In this document: positions 57,639 to 64,000 of the stretch, in pieces
Layout of the letters: each line of letters opens with the position of its first letter
How positions within the stretch are numbered: the first letter of the stretch is position 1
NCBI GenBank assembly: GCA_963693365.1
Contig: CAVNZM010000012.1
Span: 3,224,001 to 3,288,000, forward strand
Direction of reading: 5' to 3'
DNA length: 64,000 nt
Source of the DNA: Amoebidium appalachense
Taxonomy: Eukaryota; Protista; Ichthyosporea
The notes under the pieces: generated by a model
The model's input: the letters and a program-made list of their open reading frames with translations, nothing else
Database searches by the model: none
Told to the model about the DNA's origin: nothing
Translations under genes and position numbers: made by a program

Positions 57639-58466
57639 CCCCCCCTCCCCCCCCTTCCCCTCACCCCTCCCCCCCCAAAAAACCTGGCTCCTTCTGTTTT
57701 CACCCCCCCCCCCCCACAAAAAGAAAAACAAAAAAAACCGGCCCCTTCTGTTTCCACTCTTGACCCCCCTCGGGGGGGGGGGGGGGGGGGGGGGATGGAA
57801 AAAAAAGAAGTACACACCAGTCTCTCAAACCAACATTCCCCCTTCCCCTCTCATGAACAAAATCCTGCTTCTCTCGAACGGAACCCGGCTGCCCACAATC
57901 TGTCGACAGTATAAATGCGCCCCTGGCACCCATATCTCACATAAGTAGTCTAGCACCTAGGTCAATTACGGAAGCACCCATGACTCACATGCTCTCTCTC
58001 TACATGCTCACTCCTCGTCCCCACACCACTCCCGCCCTTTCCCACATCCCCCAAAGATCAGCACACATACACACGTACGCGCGCGCGTCCACGCACACAC
58101 ACACCCCACACACCCTGTTGTGCTTACCCCAATCTATAAAACAAAAAAAGCATGTATGTCTACATAAACGCACACGTACACACGCACACGCACACGTACC
58201 CGGCCACCCGCCCACACACATACACAGAGAGAGATAGAGACAGAGAGAGAGAGAGAGACAGAGAGACAGAGAGCTAGGAAGGGAGGGAGGGAGGGAGGGA
58301 GGAGGAGGGAGGGAGGGAGGGAGGGAGGGAGGGAGGGAGGGAGGGAGGGAGGGAGGGAGGGAGGGAGGGAGGGAGAGGAAAGGGGGCGGGGGGGGGGGGG
58401 GGGGGGGGAGGAAGCGAGAGAGAGAACGAGTGTGATGGCGGGAAGAGGGGGGAGGGGGGAGGGGAA

Positions 58467-58501
<35 letters not shown>

Positions 58502-58720
58502 GGGGGTAGCGGTACATCACCGTGAAGACGAACAAAAAGGAGAAGAAGAATAGAAACCCGATGCAAAGAGAGCTTACCTGCGATCCAACGGTATCGTGTT
58601 TGCCTCGTTATCCCCCATGTTGAGGGACACGTGATCCTTTGCATCCTGATATTGGGACGCAGTGCTGGGTCGCGCAGGATACTCGCCACTCGAGGTACTG
58701 CCACGTGAATCTTGCTCCAT
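53223..58720 (-). CDS. ORAI: Orai Ca2+ channel paralog A, 6 exons (58720-58578, 57191-57037, 55952-55796, 55254-55099, 54169-54100, 53339-53223), ~265 aa
   Basis: [72 protein letters not shown] and FSIRFH align to Orai TM1-TM4. Phases are consistent. The extreme 3' end could splice further. Confidence 0.93.
54393..54511 (-). repeat. ~115-bp intronic dispersed element in Orai-A intron 4 (partial copies at 54212-54320 and 53434-53488)
   Basis: Close match to 37951-38068. Confidence 0.85.
55955..56440 (-). repeat. Tandem degenerate copies of the Orai-A exon-3 acceptor (GGCAG|GGTTTGC)
   Basis: gcaaaccctgcc(g/a)aca recurs at ~56060, ~56134 and ~56272, in addition to the true site at 55953. Confidence 0.85.
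56730..57036 (-). repeat. ~28-bp tandem array derived from the Orai-A exon-2 donor (GCGATTCTGGCCG|GTATGTATTGTTGT)
   Basis: About 9-10 units of cacaacaatac(a/c)ta...gcca.a.tcg on the + strand. Confidence 0.85.
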
Positions 58721-59715
58721 GTCCTTAGCATGTCAAAGGAAAACTCCCTTCTGGTTTGTGTCAAAAGTAAAACACTTTCTCGTGGATGATACACAGCTTT
58801 ATTCAGCGTTTTGTGTAACCAGTTGTGTATAGTACAATGTAGTGGATGGTTTCTTGCGTGTATATTTTGGCGTATAATTGTGTGTGACATCTGGCGTGAA
58901 TTTATTAACGTGACCCGGTCAATATCTATGCACGTGCTCTTGTTTGTGCTAATGCCTGTGCATGTGTCGACACCGCGTCATCAAGCCCTAACTTGATGTT
59001 TTACGTATTTAAGAAGCACTAGAATTGTAAATCATTCGCACAGAAGGGGTTGACTATTTTCATGTTATTTCTATGTGTTTTGTTTCAACGGTGTTTTTTT
59101 GTAACAAACGAGACAGCCTCTGCTGTACTTTGAACTGCTACTTTGAACCGATTGTTTGTTATGTTTAGGTATCATACAACAGTAGATGGCTCCAAGATAA
59201 GCATTCAAACGCTGATTCGCTGGTTTGTGCGTTTACTTACGTAAGGAGTGTGCTATTATTCAATCAGAATGGCGAACGGTGCGCTGCCCCGGTCGTAGGA
59301 TACAGTGCCACCCTTGCGCTGAAACAAAAAAAAAGACAAAAAAAATAAGTTTTTCAAGTTCACAGACAACCATCATAGAATGATGCGTGAAAATATAGCG
59401 GAGTTCCAGTTAGTTTATTGCTAATATTTACTGAAACATTGCCTGGCCGCTGTAGCAGACCGTTGGTTTTGGTAAAAGTGCGCGGGCATGCTTGATCTCA
59501 CCATGTGTCGGAGTTAATAGGGCTGGAGTCTTGACCGGGATAAATACACTCCTTCCAGGGTGCTTTTCTCAGAGAATCTATGTAATCAACGGCTATAAGG
59601 AAACCTAATACTGTAGCCCAAATTGAATGTGTACGCTTACCTTTAGTTTCACTTCTTTCGACTGGCCCGTTTCTTCTTTCAGTAAAGGATTCCCAAAGGA
59701 TCATCCTCCTCCTCC

Positions 59716-59752
<37 letters not shown>

Positions 59753-59943
59753 CCCCTCCTCCCCTCCGCCCCCCGGAACCGTAGTGACTTGCAGCCTCCA
59801 CCACTTTATTTGAAAAATATCTGGCTTTTACGCCATCTTCTTTACAGTTTTACAAAGACAACTAATTCACTCGATCTTGACAAACTAGTTTAGTTGGAGC
59901 AGCAGATGTCACATTCTCCCGAAACACGAGCACCGTTTCAATC
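58721..59943. promoter_or_regulatory. Probable shared bidirectional promoter of the two Orai paralogs
   Basis: 1.2 kb between divergent ATGs. Arrangement only; no TSS data. Confidence 0.5.
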
Positions 59944-63003
<3,060 letters not shown>

Positions 63004-63019
63004 GTACGTGTTATTCATT

Positions 63020-63345
63020 TATTGCTGAAAAATTCTGAATAAGATTCAATTTAGATCCCGTGCAGCTGTTGGGTATTTTCAAATTTGCACCTCACTCACC
63101 TGTTGCTGAAAAAATCTGGAAAAATTCCAATTTAGATCCCATTCAGCTGTTGTATATTTTTATATTGGTACCTCACTCACCTGTTGCTGAAAATTTCCAG
63201 ATTCAGACCCCGTTCAGCTGTTGAAAATTTTGAGATACAGACCTAATTCACATGTTGCTAAAAAGTATCAAAATTCACAGCCCATCCGGCTGCTGAAAAT
63301 CTCTACATTCAAACCCCAATCACCTGTTGCTGAAAATAACAAAAA
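63020..63345. repeat. Degenerate minisatellite in Orai-B intron 3
   Basis: Recurrent cacctgttgctgaaaa and tttagatccc..tcagctgttg units. Confidence 0.8.
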
Positions 63346-63562
63346 TCCCCATCCATTCCATCTATCCTTTGATTAGCTACCAACCGTTCTTACCCTGCCC
63401 TTGCCCTGTGTCCTCCCCCCCCCCCCCCCCCCCCCCCCCGCCTATCCGCTCTTACGGTTTCGTAGAATGTATGTACTCGTGTGTGTTGTTGTTTCTGTGT
63501 AAGTGTTCTATGTGTGCATGTGAACATAAGCGTGTTCGGTTCTTTTCACTCTCCCACACCCG

Positions 63563-63624
<62 letters not shown>

Positions 63625-63782
63625 CAAGAAAAAAAAATGAGTGTGTGCTTTGCACTCTGTACTGTGTACCTCATTGTAACCCCATTACCCACCCCCACGC
63701 CATCCTCACCTTCTTGCCACCAAAACACACACTCAAAAACACATAAAGAAAGACATATCCGCACGAAGGCACGGCACAGGCA

Positions 63783-63893
<111 letters not shown>

Positions 63894-63944
63894 CACACAC
63901 ACGCGCACGCCCACACACACCCACACACACACACACACCCACAC

Positions 63945-64000
<56 letters not shown>

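Overview
Eukaryotic nuclear DNA with GT-AG introns packed with (CA)n/(TG)n, (GA)n and poly-G/poly-C runs, so most ORF-track entries are microsatellite artefacts. Splicing exons by hand gives nine genes: a degenerate TALE homeobox gene (-), a Q/P-rich protein with a Cys/His cluster (-), a SLAC1-like anion channel (-) head-to-head with a LOG phosphoribohydrolase (+), a 14-exon secreted trypsin-PAN-TSP1-PAN-PAN-2x hevein-like protease (-) head-to-head with a putative mitochondrial Zn-knuckle/RGG protein (+), a small type I membrane protein (+), and two head-to-head Orai paralogs. The top candidate system is the Orai pair: one copy keeps the selectivity-filter Glu but has Asn at the His134 position, and the other naturally has Gln at the filter (the human dominant-negative E106Q change) and lacks the pore basic residues. 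Other notable signals: repeated local duplications ('echoes') of splice junctions, a ~115-bp intronic element always in host-sense orientation, a hAT-type MITE with a perfect 8-bp TSD, and a probable LINE 3' end carrying a (CA)n tract. The gene mix suggests a unicellular holozoan-like protist (weak inference). All gene models are manual predictions with no RNA evidence.
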